Origin: a virus | Taxonomy: Duplodnaviria; Caudoviricetes | Reading direction: 5' to 3' (one strand) | DNA: 64,000 nt | IMG/VR virus record: IMGVR_UViG_3300043021_000113 | Shown here: piece by piece, positions 13,301-23,292 of the stretch | Layout of the letters: each line of letters begins with the position of its first letter | Numbering within the stretch: position 1 is the stretch's first letter | The notes under the pieces: model-generated | What the model saw: only the letters and a program-made list of their open reading frames with translations | The model's database searches: none | Told to the model about the DNA's origin: nothing | Translations under genes and position numbers: made by a program

Positions 13301-13736
13301 GGATTATTCTTCGCATTTATCAAATAAAGGAGAAAGTGAATTTGAATGGGCGAATGAATCAAATTATAAAACTTATGTTTCAGATGATAAAGAAATAGTT
13401 TATAATTCAACAATAAATAGTACTTATTTAAATTTACTTCATGCTCAAAAAGTAGGAAAAGAATTTAAGCTTGATTTTAAATCTAATGGAGATTTTGTCA
13501 AGAAATGGAATAATACTTCAAAATCGTTTGATTTTTACCGATGGATAGGAACAGGAAATAATGGTGCTTATGAAAAAATAAAAAACCTTGGTTCTCTTAA
13601 AAATGCTCCTTCTTTTTTAACGGTTATTAAAAACGATTCAAACAACGTTATTAATAATTCAAGGAGTAGATCAATAGCTAAAGAGCTTCAAAGGGATATT
13701 GACAATAACAAAATAACATTAATTTTTAATTGTTAA
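10365..13736 (+). CDS. Virion RNA polymerase, exon 2
   Basis: Starts DIDKIYLTGF, 17 codons upstream of and in frame with ORF 10416..13736. Contains GKDCIGISA and ISTDNAKELIL, typical of crAss RNAP C-terminal regions. Confidence 0.85.
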   Translation, partial: DIDKIYLTGFNASKNGIMDVHTSWFDYRFMDQSFQLPFADGKEKKVAERPIAHNFSEQQFLNFQRYLEMNEVLTPEEYQDFVDIMNFISEYEIIPNELKAFEGDINDYFMDSSTEGEKLTEATKNIVSYYLHDISNSVVNSMASDTPVTSDTTAAVASKSEKARDAKLFSMDNYMTLPAMKQANSYGKDCIGISAVGLKCFNTLSFMYSKKMSNLEKELIQKGITPDARVEDLDQELVNQIWHDLNIKKVNLGKRDYNKLTRLKDRAGVLTNEAINKELKNFFTGLEINGDDIVSINNVNYRLNIVDGYKYLSPLYENAKSIDLSKRNDDLSAIVEEAALFIELLNQTGVNPAELALSKIEEETGVSNFIRTQAINIADYTGDQNLLIEKYKLSSAIINANLVANVNFTNTPILNNIYGQFVKNNNIIDVRLTADKSLDMSELVTISTDNAKELILEKINASPALIGVYSYLTSIGLPLDVIADYMISKEVNTIASLAESNVFTGDNMNVDKAIAKITGIPYYRNYLKGWEAIKLLRGPKKSNSKTSMLYRALEAYKKHRSTSIQDAKIATSIQNNLGDYEKVKLGQLFSEFNKLGPNALKALADVIKDDYPKLDSKIKHGMKRYENAIRESVSYKEDLDMDFINAFAELYLGADELKLFGSRLNINQGMKTTAFELISGYNRYNNTVARFAKKRDLDLMELSSKVNLDGSQFDISNIYTGKQTKELTDLYDALKIHHNIVEAEIMSPSFSSMHLAKDSAVNILRNSSAKFKALELMYKTFGQYANEDNFKDLMDFLNKDITNLYLSNLDLDYNVKKDSEIYKDEDDKKIKTERDSVISIKSKNGVVNFKILMEKRLQDLKKLYPENQFLSNIGYDSIADKLTRAEYTIMKPNNLNMNSILSDTDIYRYSQMVNGFKELTSIKSDFIDGMNISDEFMLYNLIINNNGYSKSSFSRFFDEAIDSDSENIISDYMRFVGNLDYSSHLSNKGESEFEWANESNYKTYVSDDKEIVYNSTINSTYLNLLHAQKVGKEFKLDFKSNGDFVKKWNNTSKSFDFYRWIGTGNNGAYEKIKNLGSLKNAPSFLTVIKNDSNNVINNSRSRSIAKELQRDIDNNKITLIFNC

Positions 13737-16700
13737 TGGCAAATTGTGAAATAATAATGATGGCTGGTGGAGATGTAACAGCTGTCATTTCACCAGAAGA
13801 AAACACCGGAAATTTGACCCCAAGAACATTCTTGGGGCAAATTGTAGGTGATAAAGTGATTCAAGATAAATACGAATCAATAAGAAACAATATGAATAAC
13901 AGAGCCGTTGATTTGTCAGTGGTTCTAAATAATGAGAGAGCAACACTTATGGGTTATTCTCCATTAAGTTTTGATAGAAAATATGGAAGAATATTTCCAA
14001 CAGATATAAGAGAAATGTTAAATGTAATTTCTAATACAGAAAATGGAAAGAAATTAAAAATAGCATTTGCTCCTAAGTTTAAAATGAATGGCCAGTCAAC
14101 AGCTGGTGTTTATATGCATACAAAAGATTTAATAATTGTTGCTGATTCGGAAAGTAAAGCTTCAACTATTAATTCTTTAAGACATGAATTGGTTCATTAT
14201 TTATACGATAACGTTTTAGAAATTGGACTTAATAATAGAAACAATCCTGACTTAACAGAAGGAGACAAAATAAGTGTTCAAATTTTCAATGATCTTTTAA
14301 GTGTACATCAAGATTTATTAACAAAACTTCCAGAAATTGAACGCTTGTCAAGTTCAACTGGTACTGAATATATGTCTAGACTTTCAAATATCCTTAAAAA
14401 CTATAAAGATTTTAAAAATATTAATGATGTAAAAGAATTTGCAGCTTATATGTTGGAAGATCTAAGAGTTGTTAATTGGATAAGAGAAAATTTAGATAAT
14501 AAATTAGCAGATGCTTTCGATACATTCGCTGGAGCTTCTGGTATAAAATCTGGAATTGTTAAATATGAAGCCCACGCTTCAATTGAAAGCTCGATTAAAG
14601 AATTAAGAAATAAACACAAATTATTTAATGTTAAACCTTACACTGGCCCAATAAATAATTTTAACTATATAGGTTGGGGTTCTTATTTTGAAGGAGAAAT
14701 AAACAATACTCCAGGACGCTTTATATATGAAACAGCAGGACTTGTTAGATCAATAGATACTAACGAGTATTTTGATATAACACAAAGAGCAAAAGATATT
14801 TCAAAGTCAATGCCTATTGAAACAGCAGCAAGAATGCTTGCTGATATGAACGAAAATTTAAATAAAAACAAAATAGCAATTATTACATTAGAAGACTACG
14901 TAAACGATGCTGAATATTCCAACTTGTATGGAGCATTTACACAAGTAGGAAATACACCAATAACTATTAATTTAGAACAAGGAAAAGCTATTTTATCAAG
15001 AAATGAAGATGGAGTAGTTGTTCTTGGTTTTGAGAACCATCCTGCACTTGGTAATATGCAAAACATCTCAACTGATGACTTTTTAACACATGCTATAAAA
15101 GTTGGTGATAGTTTAATAGCTAAAGATCAAAGCGAAGCAAGAAATGAAGATTTAGAAGTTGACGGAAGCGATGCTGACCCTGAAACATTTGAAAGAAACA
15201 CGGGGATGTCTTTTAGGCTTTTAAATAATGATGTAAAAATTGATAAATCGGACAAGTTAGGTAGATTTTGGAGTAAAGAGAAAAACGAGAATAAAAAAGC
15301 AGAAAAAAACGCTGTTGAATTTTACAATTACTTTTTAGAAAGAAAAGATAATCAATTTCAATATTGGTCCCGCTTAAAACCTATTAACAATGACTTTCAA
15401 ATGAGACAAGTTTCTTCTGGAGATTTGATATTGTGTAATCCTATTGCTTACATGTCAGTTGATGAAGCGCATTCTTTAGGCTTTAAATATAACAAAGGTG
15501 TTATTTTACAACAATTCATCGATGAAACAAACAATTTATCTGATGATAACAAATACAAAAAAGCTCGTTTAGCTTGGGCTAAAAAGCAAGAAGAATTCAA
15601 AAGTTACGATACTAATTACATATCTAATGGTTCTTTTTATGATGCTAACGAAGGCAAATGGTATGCTTACATAATGTACCCATTCGGTAAAGGAGGAGAA
15701 AAAGGAGTTGCAGCTTTAAGAGTAAATCTAGAGAGTAAATATGTAAAAGGTTTTAAAAGCCTTGGTAGTGAATATAAGATGATTTATGACAGAAACGGTG
15801 ATCTTATAGAAAAAGACACTTATAGTCGATTAAATCTTGATGGAATGAGTGAAGGTGAAATTGAATTAGTAAATACTGTTGTAAATAATCTTAACTCTGA
15901 AGGTGTAAAATTATATGAAAACCAAACAACAATAAAAATGGATGATGACGACACGGACATTCAACTTTCGGAAGATGAAAACATTTTTAGTGTTAGAATT
16001 TCTGGATTTGCAGGAGATGAAGCCGTAATAAATATGGCTGATCAAGCAAGCGTTGGTGACGTGATCGTTTTTAATAAATGGGTAAAAGGTAAGAAAAAAC
16101 CAGTTCAACAATACGCTGTTAAAATTCAAAACTCAGAAGGCGGAATTGTAGCAAAAACAACTGATGGTGACATTGTAATTGTAAACCCAGAAATGATAAC
16201 TAGGGTTTATTTACACGCTAACAATGACCATAAATTACTTGATGAACTAAACCAAACAGAAGCAGCTTTTGCTTCTGGATATGATAATATACAAAGTGGA
16301 GACAATTTATATAGTATCTTTCCTTTCTTTAACCATGATCAAGCAGTAGATAAAGAAGGCAATTTAGTTTATGAAACAAGAAAGGATAAAAACGGCAATG
16401 AAGAATTCAAGCTTGATGATAACGGAAATCAAATTCCAGTTTTAGCTAAGAATCGCCAAAACATGGCTAATAATTTAAAACGTGGTGATATAATAAAAGT
16501 TCAATATGTAAGCGATGGTAAAATTAGAGATTCTTTATTTGAATTTCAATTTGCAACATCAACTAGGGCTTATTATAAAACTAGGGATGTTTACGATGAT
16601 AACGGAAAATTAATTAAAAAAGGATTTTTAAACCACGTTTCAATTAATCAATATTCGGACGCTAAATGGAAAAAGGATGACAATGGCAATTGGTATAATA

Positions 16701-18751
16701 TAGGAGATCCTTCAACTTATAAGCCAGAAATTATTGCTGCTTATTCTTTAGGATCAAAAGCTGATGGTGTCCTTTATGATTACGTACAAGAAAGAAAAGC
16801 TTTTCAAAGTGAACTTTTCAATCAAAAGAAAAGAATTAAGAAAGATGTTGCCACTGAGTCAATGGAAGATGCTTTATTAGCTCTTGCTGGTCAAGAAGAA
16901 ACAATAAACATGACAATTGATAGCAACGGAGAAGTTGAAATTTTCCAACATGAAAACGGTTTAGATCAAGAATGGAATATGGAAAGCTTGGATGGTTTAA
17001 AATATGAAGAAAAACTCGATGCTTTATGTGATCTTTCAAGAGGTGACTTAGTAGAAGTTAATTTTGAAAAAGACGGAGAAGCTAGAAAATACTTAGCGGT
17101 TTTTAAAGGTTATTCTAAAGATGGAGACATTAAGGTTATTTATAGAAAAAAAGACGGTAATAACACCGCTTTTGACGATATAGTACAACCTACGAATATT
17201 TCAAGAGTTGGTAAAAGAATAAAACCTTTGGTTTATTATCAAAGAGAAAATGAAAATGGAGAACGTATGACTTATTATTCTAGTTTAACGGAACAAGAAG
17301 TAAAATCACGTTTTGATGATATAAAAGTAATTCATACATTAGCAGATGGTCACACGGCAGATCTTAAATTTTTAAAAGATCGTTTAAATTGGCTTTATGA
17401 TTCAGGGAAAAAATCTGCTCAATTTACAGAAGCTCAAAAAAGAAAATTTGAAAATAAACATCCTGATTTAATGGATTATTTAAAGAAAAGAGGAATTTTT
17501 GTTAAAAACGCAGAATTTGCAAAGTTCTTTGTTTATAAAGATAACTCAGGAAATGTAAAATATAAAATGGAAGAATCCGAAATTGACGGATTCAAGCTTA
17601 CTGATGAAGTAAAATATTATATAAAGGTTGAAAGATACTTTAAAAATAAAAAAGGAGAAAGTGCAGTTAATGCTTTATCTGCTCTTGAATTACAAGAAGA
17701 CGAAAGAGGGCGTGGTTATACAAAACAATTTGGACTTGATAATGAAAGCTTCAATGATATTTTAAAGGTAACTGATATTGGAGATGCTATACAAGTTTAT
17801 TTTCCAAGTAAGGATAATCCAGACAAAAACGAATATAGAACAGGAATTGTTACCAAAAAAACAAATTCTATGATGTCTGTTGCTTATATTGTTAAATCAA
17901 ATGATGATACATTTTATCCTTGTAGTATTAACCTTTATGGGAATAAATATGATGACGGCAGTTTAAGGGTAAAAGAACTTTACACAATGTATCGTAAAGA
18001 AAAGCAAGAAGCGTTTTCAAATATGAAACGTAATATTAAGCAATCAAAAGAAACTGAAATTATTAAAAAGTCCCATGATTCAAAAGAAGCTGTAAGTTTA
18101 ATTACAAGAAACCTTAAAAATATATATAATGCTAATGTTGAGGTAATGAGTAATGAGCAAATGGTAAAAATGGGTTCTGATAGAGGAATAAACTTAGAAG
18201 GCACGAGAGCTTGCGTTATTGATGGCAAAATATATATAAATATTGATAGAGCCTCAACAGCTGATGTTTTACATGAATTTACGCATATATTACTTCCTGG
18301 TTTGAAAGCAAGAAATCCTGAAGCTTACGAAGCCATATTATCTAAAGTTCAAGAACACCCAGCTTTTGAACAGGTAAAAGCAGAATATAAAAATTTAAAT
18401 GATGCAGATTTGGCAGAAGAAACTTTTTGTACTATCTTTGGAGAATATTTCAGAAAACAATTAATGTCAAAAGATGAACAAGCATGGTTTGATGGAAACT
18501 TTATGGATATTGCAAGTTCAGTTGCTGATGTTGTCAAAGATGTTGTACAAGTTGATTTTGATTTTATAAGTTCTTATGACTTAATGAACATGTCTCTTGA
18601 TGAAATAATGGATCAATTCGGTTCTGATTTGATAACTGGAAAGTTTGACAGGGTTTATGAAATAGGTTATCAAATAGAGTCAAATAATAATGATGTTTCC
18701 AGGGTTTATCAAAGCCTGATTGATTTTGGAGATTTATTAATAATATGTTAA
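13736..18751 (+). CDS. Giant virion protein with two zincin-like metallopeptidase motifs
   Basis: HELVH near the N-terminus and HEFTH...EE near the C-terminus. ATG overlaps the upstream TAA (TAATG). Confidence 0.7.
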   Translation: MANCEIIMMAGGDVTAVISPEENTGNLTPRTFLGQIVGDKVIQDKYESIRNNMNNRAVDLSVVLNNERATLMGYSPLSFDRKYGRIFPTDIREMLNVISNTENGKKLKIAFAPKFKMNGQSTAGVYMHTKDLIIVADSESKASTINSLRHELVHYLYDNVLEIGLNNRNNPDLTEGDKISVQIFNDLLSVHQDLLTKLPEIERLSSSTGTEYMSRLSNILKNYKDFKNINDVKEFAAYMLEDLRVVNWIRENLDNKLADAFDTFAGASGIKSGIVKYEAHASIESSIKELRNKHKLFNVKPYTGPINNFNYIGWGSYFEGEINNTPGRFIYETAGLVRSIDTNEYFDITQRAKDISKSMPIETAARMLADMNENLNKNKIAIITLEDYVNDAEYSNLYGAFTQVGNTPITINLEQGKAILSRNEDGVVVLGFENHPALGNMQNISTDDFLTHAIKVGDSLIAKDQSEARNEDLEVDGSDADPETFERNTGMSFRLLNNDVKIDKSDKLGRFWSKEKNENKKAEKNAVEFYNYFLERKDNQFQYWSRLKPINNDFQMRQVSSGDLILCNPIAYMSVDEAHSLGFKYNKGVILQQFIDETNNLSDDNKYKKARLAWAKKQEEFKSYDTNYISNGSFYDANEGKWYAYIMYPFGKGGEKGVAALRVNLESKYVKGFKSLGSEYKMIYDRNGDLIEKDTYSRLNLDGMSEGEIELVNTVVNNLNSEGVKLYENQTTIKMDDDDTDIQLSEDENIFSVRISGFAGDEAVINMADQASVGDVIVFNKWVKGKKKPVQQYAVKIQNSEGGIVAKTTDGDIVIVNPEMITRVYLHANNDHKLLDELNQTEAAFASGYDNIQSGDNLYSIFPFFNHDQAVDKEGNLVYETRKDKNGNEEFKLDDNGNQIPVLAKNRQNMANNLKRGDIIKVQYVSDGKIRDSLFEFQFATSTRAYYKTRDVYDDNGKLIKKGFLNHVSINQYSDAKWKKDDNGNWYNIGDPSTYKPEIIAAYSLGSKADGVLYDYVQERKAFQSELFNQKKRIKKDVATESMEDALLALAGQEETINMTIDSNGEVEIFQHENGLDQEWNMESLDGLKYEEKLDALCDLSRGDLVEVNFEKDGEARKYLAVFKGYSKDGDIKVIYRKKDGNNTAFDDIVQPTNISRVGKRIKPLVYYQRENENGERMTYYSSLTEQEVKSRFDDIKVIHTLADGHTADLKFLKDRLNWLYDSGKKSAQFTEAQKRKFENKHPDLMDYLKKRGIFVKNAEFAKFFVYKDNSGNVKYKMEESEIDGFKLTDEVKYYIKVERYFKNKKGESAVNALSALELQEDERGRGYTKQFGLDNESFNDILKVTDIGDAIQVYFPSKDNPDKNEYRTGIVTKKTNSMMSVAYIVKSNDDTFYPCSINLYGNKYDDGSLRVKELYTMYRKEKQEAFSNMKRNIKQSKETEIIKKSHDSKEAVSLITRNLKNIYNANVEVMSNEQMVKMGSDRGINLEGTRACVIDGKIYINIDRASTADVLHEFTHILLPGLKARNPEAYEAILSKVQEHPAFEQVKAEYKNLNDADLAEETFCTIFGEYFRKQLMSKDEQAWFDGNFMDIASSVADVVKDVVQVDFDFISSYDLMNMSLDEIMDQFGSDLITGKFDRVYEIGYQIESNNNDVSRVYQSLIDFGDLLIIC

Positions 18752-18752
18752 A

Positions 18753-21700
18753 ATGTCTTGTGATAAATACGTTTTAAATTTAGAAAAAGGCCCAATAACT
18801 TTTGAGTCTAAGGAAGAACTTTCCCGATTTATAATGGACAATCGGGAAAGGCTTCAAAGAATAAAGAAAGATAATGGAATACATTTAAGCAAAGAGTTTC
18901 GAAAACAAGCTGAAGTTTTAGCTAAGCTTAAAAACATAAGTGATGCAATAAAACTTGATGAAAACAAATTTGATGAAAAAGAACTTGACCGTAAAGTTTC
19001 AAAAAGAGGTTATATATCTGTAACAAAAGCTATTACAAAAGAAGATTTAGGAGAAAAAGGAGTTCCTTTTGTAACTGGTTTTAATTTTGAAAATTATAAA
19101 AAGGTTGTTACTAAAAAGTTAGTAGAAGAGGGAGCAGATAAAACAAAAGTAGAAGAACACATCGAAAATTTAAAATATCAATGGGCTTTATTAGCTAAAT
19201 TTGGAACATCTTTCCATAAATACGCAGAGTTATTTTTTAGTTCTGATGATTCTTTCCAAGCAAGAAAGGATTTTATGGATTATGTAAAGAAAAAAGGCTT
19301 AGGTCTTGATGTTGTCGATATTTCAAACATGGGTGATTTACTAAGTAATGTTAAAAGAGCTTTATTACAACGATACGGAGAAAATGCACAATTTATTCCT
19401 GAGTTTAAAATAACTTCTAATAATAAAGAAGGAGAAAATTTCGTTGGAGTTATTGACTTATTAGTAATTACAGAAAACGGAGATGTTCACATTTGCGACT
19501 TTAAAACTTCTCCAAAAACCCATGATGAAGCAGACCAAGCAAAACAGCTTACTTATTCTTACCAGTTAGGCTTTTATCGTCAAATGTTAGCACAGCGTGG
19601 AATTTATATGGCACCAGCTGATCTTAACATTATTCCTGTAAGACTAGTTAATGTTGATTATCAAAAACAATCTTACGAAATAAACAGTACTTTTGGAGAA
19701 AGAGACATTGACACAAGAAACAGCGCTTCTGCTAATACTAGTTACGCAAAAAGCATTTATGAACAGTTAGCTTTGGCTAATGGTAAAATTACAAAAAGAG
19801 TTGAAGGTTTAATGCCTAATACTACAATATCCTTTAAAATGGACACATCAATTGCCGATAAACTAGACGGTGCTTATAAAACACTTTTTGGCTTTGATGG
19901 TTTAAATTCTAAAGGAGTAAATAGAAAATACACCTTGGATTATATAAAGAAAACTATTAAACAAGGAACAAATGGTAAATATGGAGTAAGAAATACTCAA
20001 ACAAACAAGACTGAGTATTACAATACCCGTGAAGAAGCAGAAAAGAAAGCTATTGAAATTTACAATGCTAACATGGAAAATCCGATTTCTTATGCGTTGG
20101 AGTTTTCCAGAAAATATAATGCAGCTTTAAAATCAAAAAAGAAAAGATTTGAATTTTCGGATGTAGCACAAGCTGAACGTTACAATAAGCTTTTTGGAAC
20201 TTATTTAGCTAATGAATACACCATTAATGAAGAATTATTAGATTTTGGAATAATTGTTTTTCAAAACGACATTTACAAAACAATTGATTTCTTCACGATA
20301 ACTGGTAATATTATAAAATTAAACAATAAGAGCTTTAAATATAAAGACAATGGAGCCAAAATTACTGGTAATTTAGTTCCTGATTCGGTAGTAAATGCAG
20401 ATGTTTTAGAAGCTGTAAACGGAAACGTTGATCTTATGAAAACAATGTTAGTTATTAATGAATTTCTAGCAAATAATGATGGAGAATATAAGGTTAATGG
20501 ATTAAAAGTCTATTGTGCACATAATGGACAATCTGCGGTTCAAATGAACAATGTTCTAAGAGAAAATTTCAGGCAACTTTTAATGTATGCAAGAAAGAAA
20601 AATCCGGATTTTAAACTTACAAATAACTTTGAAAATGGAAAAATTGAAATGGTTGATCCAATAGTTAAAGTTATAAACAAAATCGATGAAATAAGAAAAA
20701 TTGATGATAAAGTAAATCCTGATCTTTTAAATAAAGTTGAAAATAGATTAAAAGCAGTTAATAATTCTCCAAGAGATCAAAAAATACAATTATTGCATGA
20801 ATTATCAAATGAAGTAACAAATGATTTAATAGGTTACGGTGGAACTTTAATTGATCCTTTACATATTGACAACATGGCTTCTATGCTTTATGGTATGATT
20901 TATGAAGCAATGGCTGAAGAAGGAGGAATTTTAGCACAAATTGAATATAACGATACCCCAAAATATGCTTCTTTTAATTCTCAAATGTACACTTCTAACC
21001 AACAAACAAACAATAGAATTGTAAATGAATTTGAAATTAAAGTATTATCTAAATATAGAAACGACTTAAAAGAACATTTAACTTCTGAGTTAACACCAAT
21101 TGAAAAAGTTTGTTCTAATTATTTAATAAAACAAGGAAAAATTGATTCTTCTTTCAATGCTTTTAAATCTCTTGTTATTATGCAAGATGGAGACACTCCA
21201 ATTTTAAGAGTTCTTAATCCAGACACAGCAAATATAACACAAGAAGAAAAAGACTTTTTAAATTACTTTTTAAGAAAGATTAATGCTATAAGATATCCAA
21301 TTACTAAAGGAGACAAGAACAGCGAAGAAGCCAAACAATATATAGCAACTGGTGAATGGTTCGATATTCCTTTAATGGAAGCTGGTTTATTTTCTAAAAC
21401 AGCAAATGCTGGAGTAAAAGGATTTAAAAAGTGGATTAGCGATAAATGGGAACTTATGAAAAATCCTAACTCACTTTTTGAAACAAACAAAATTGAGAAA
21501 ATAGACGAAGAAAAAAATAAATTCTTAAAATATGTTAATAGTATGAAAATGAAGCGGGAAGACCGCGACAATTTTATTAGAAGCAGAGGTGTTGATTGGT
21601 TCTCAATAAATCTTGCAGAAGTATTAGCAGAATATACATATAAAAACATAGTTGAAGAAGAAACAAACAAAGTTCTTCCTTGGATTAGAACTTCAATTAT

Positions 21701-23222
21701 TCTTCAACATTGGTCAGCTTTAATGACTAACTCAGAAGTCAAAGAAGCTTGCGAAGTTTCAATGAAAAAATATCAATCGGACGTTTACAATGTTAATCAA
21801 ATATCAAAAGGAGAAGAACCAATTTATGGTGCATTTCAAGTTATAGATAACTTAATAAGCACAATGACCATTCCTTTTAACCCAAAAATGTTTGCACGAG
21901 AACTTATGACTGGACGATATAATAATTATTTAAGAACAGTCACTAAGTTTGGAGGTAGTTTATCTCCAAGTGTTCAAAATCTAACTAAAGCTTATGGATT
22001 CGTTGATCTTTACGCTGTTAAAGCATTAAGCGGAAATCAAAACAAGCTTTTTTATATGAATAAAAAATGGAATATTGGTGGTCGTGCAATGCGAGAAATG
22101 TTAGAATCACACAGAGCCAATACAGGAGAAGTTGCAAATATACTTGGAAGATCTGCTCCTAGTTATATATTAGCACAAATGACAGATTATGAACACCGAA
22201 TGGCTTTATTTTCTGCTTTTATGATGGAAGATGGAAGTTTTGATGCTTACGTTGAAGATAACGACAACAAAACTCTTGTTTATGATTTTAGCAAAGACAA
22301 ACGTTTTGATTTTATCAAAGAATGTGCAAAAACAGGAAAAGTTCCTGAAGGAAGAGCTAGAGATTTAGCAAAATATAATATGCTTTTAGCAGAATTTAAC
22401 GAACATCTACCAGATGATAAAAAATTAAAATTTGGAGATGATTTACCAGAAGGACTAACAGAAAAACAAATTTCAACATTTTTGAATATATCTAACCAGA
22501 TACACGGAAACATGGATGCAGACACACAGATGTTCTGGAAGCGTTATTTAGTGGGAAAAGTGTTTACTAAATTTCAAACGCACGTTTCAGCTAAAGCTAC
22601 AAACTTATTTTTAAAACCGGGTAAATATCAACGTTACGAAGAAATTTACATGGACGATCCAAACACTGGTCAACCATTATGGGTTAAAGTATCCAAAGAT
22701 CCTGAAACTGGAGAGTTTATAACCACTTATACCACAGATTATAACGACCCTGATTGTATAAAACAACGTGCAATTAAACTTGACATTGTAGGTGAAGCTG
22801 GGACTTTTTATGCTCTTAAGGATGCTTTCAAGCTGCTTTCTTCTGAAAATAGAGCTGAAGACTGGGAAACATTAAAAAATGATGAAGCAAAAATGCGTGG
22901 TTTACGTTTCTTGGTTTCTGATTTATTCTGTTTTCTTACTATGGGCTTATTTGCTAGTCTTGCTGGTTTAAAAGCTATGAGAAAAGAAGATAGGTTCAAG
23001 TATGATATTATGAAAGAAATGTTGGTTACTCCAACAACTGAAAATAACCCATTATTACTTGCAATGGGTGTTATTAATACCATAAATGCTCCAATAACGA
23101 GTATCTCTAAGAAATGGGCAACAAATACAATGGACTTTATAACAAGTGAGAATTATCAACTAAAAAATTATGTTTATAATACTTACGGATTCGGTAAGTT
23201 TGTTGGACCATTTCTTAATTAA
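18753..23222 (+). CDS. Giant virion protein with N-terminal PD-(D/E)XK nuclease domain and C-terminal hydrophobic segment
   Basis: GTSFH...GVIDLL...ICDFKT...QLGFY motifs. Hydrophobic stretch FLVSDLFCFLTMGLFASLAGL near the C-terminus. Confidence 0.72.
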   Translation: MSCDKYVLNLEKGPITFESKEELSRFIMDNRERLQRIKKDNGIHLSKEFRKQAEVLAKLKNISDAIKLDENKFDEKELDRKVSKRGYISVTKAITKEDLGEKGVPFVTGFNFENYKKVVTKKLVEEGADKTKVEEHIENLKYQWALLAKFGTSFHKYAELFFSSDDSFQARKDFMDYVKKKGLGLDVVDISNMGDLLSNVKRALLQRYGENAQFIPEFKITSNNKEGENFVGVIDLLVITENGDVHICDFKTSPKTHDEADQAKQLTYSYQLGFYRQMLAQRGIYMAPADLNIIPVRLVNVDYQKQSYEINSTFGERDIDTRNSASANTSYAKSIYEQLALANGKITKRVEGLMPNTTISFKMDTSIADKLDGAYKTLFGFDGLNSKGVNRKYTLDYIKKTIKQGTNGKYGVRNTQTNKTEYYNTREEAEKKAIEIYNANMENPISYALEFSRKYNAALKSKKKRFEFSDVAQAERYNKLFGTYLANEYTINEELLDFGIIVFQNDIYKTIDFFTITGNIIKLNNKSFKYKDNGAKITGNLVPDSVVNADVLEAVNGNVDLMKTMLVINEFLANNDGEYKVNGLKVYCAHNGQSAVQMNNVLRENFRQLLMYARKKNPDFKLTNNFENGKIEMVDPIVKVINKIDEIRKIDDKVNPDLLNKVENRLKAVNNSPRDQKIQLLHELSNEVTNDLIGYGGTLIDPLHIDNMASMLYGMIYEAMAEEGGILAQIEYNDTPKYASFNSQMYTSNQQTNNRIVNEFEIKVLSKYRNDLKEHLTSELTPIEKVCSNYLIKQGKIDSSFNAFKSLVIMQDGDTPILRVLNPDTANITQEEKDFLNYFLRKINAIRYPITKGDKNSEEAKQYIATGEWFDIPLMEAGLFSKTANAGVKGFKKWISDKWELMKNPNSLFETNKIEKIDEEKNKFLKYVNSMKMKREDRDNFIRSRGVDWFSINLAEVLAEYTYKNIVEEETNKVLPWIRTSIILQHWSALMTNSEVKEACEVSMKKYQSDVYNVNQISKGEEPIYGAFQVIDNLISTMTIPFNPKMFARELMTGRYNNYLRTVTKFGGSLSPSVQNLTKAYGFVDLYAVKALSGNQNKLFYMNKKWNIGGRAMREMLESHRANTGEVANILGRSAPSYILAQMTDYEHRMALFSAFMMEDGSFDAYVEDNDNKTLVYDFSKDKRFDFIKECAKTGKVPEGRARDLAKYNMLLAEFNEHLPDDKKLKFGDDLPEGLTEKQISTFLNISNQIHGNMDADTQMFWKRYLVGKVFTKFQTHVSAKATNLFLKPGKYQRYEEIYMDDPNTGQPLWVKVSKDPETGEFITTYTTDYNDPDCIKQRAIKLDIVGEAGTFYALKDAFKLLSSENRAEDWETLKNDEAKMRGLRFLVSDLFCFLTMGLFASLAGLKAMRKEDRFKYDIMKEMLVTPTTENNPLLLAMGVINTINAPITSISKKWATNTMDFITSENYQLKNYVYNTYGFGKFVGPFLN

Positions 23223-23284
23223 AGAAAAAAAATAGCCCCTTATACAGAAAAATTGCTTTCTCTGCATAAGGGGCTAAAATCTTT
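23221..23284. terminator. Intrinsic terminator between convergent gene blocks
   Basis: Stem TAGCCCCTTAT...ATAAGGGGCTA (23233-23276) flanked by an A-run and a T-rich run. Confidence 0.8.
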
Positions 23285-23292
23285 TTAAAGGG

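Noticed and set aside
1691-23083. Short minus-strand ORFs inside the giant genes, and plus-strand ORFs inside minus-strand genes
   Set aside because: Antisense shadows of long coding frames with no motifs.
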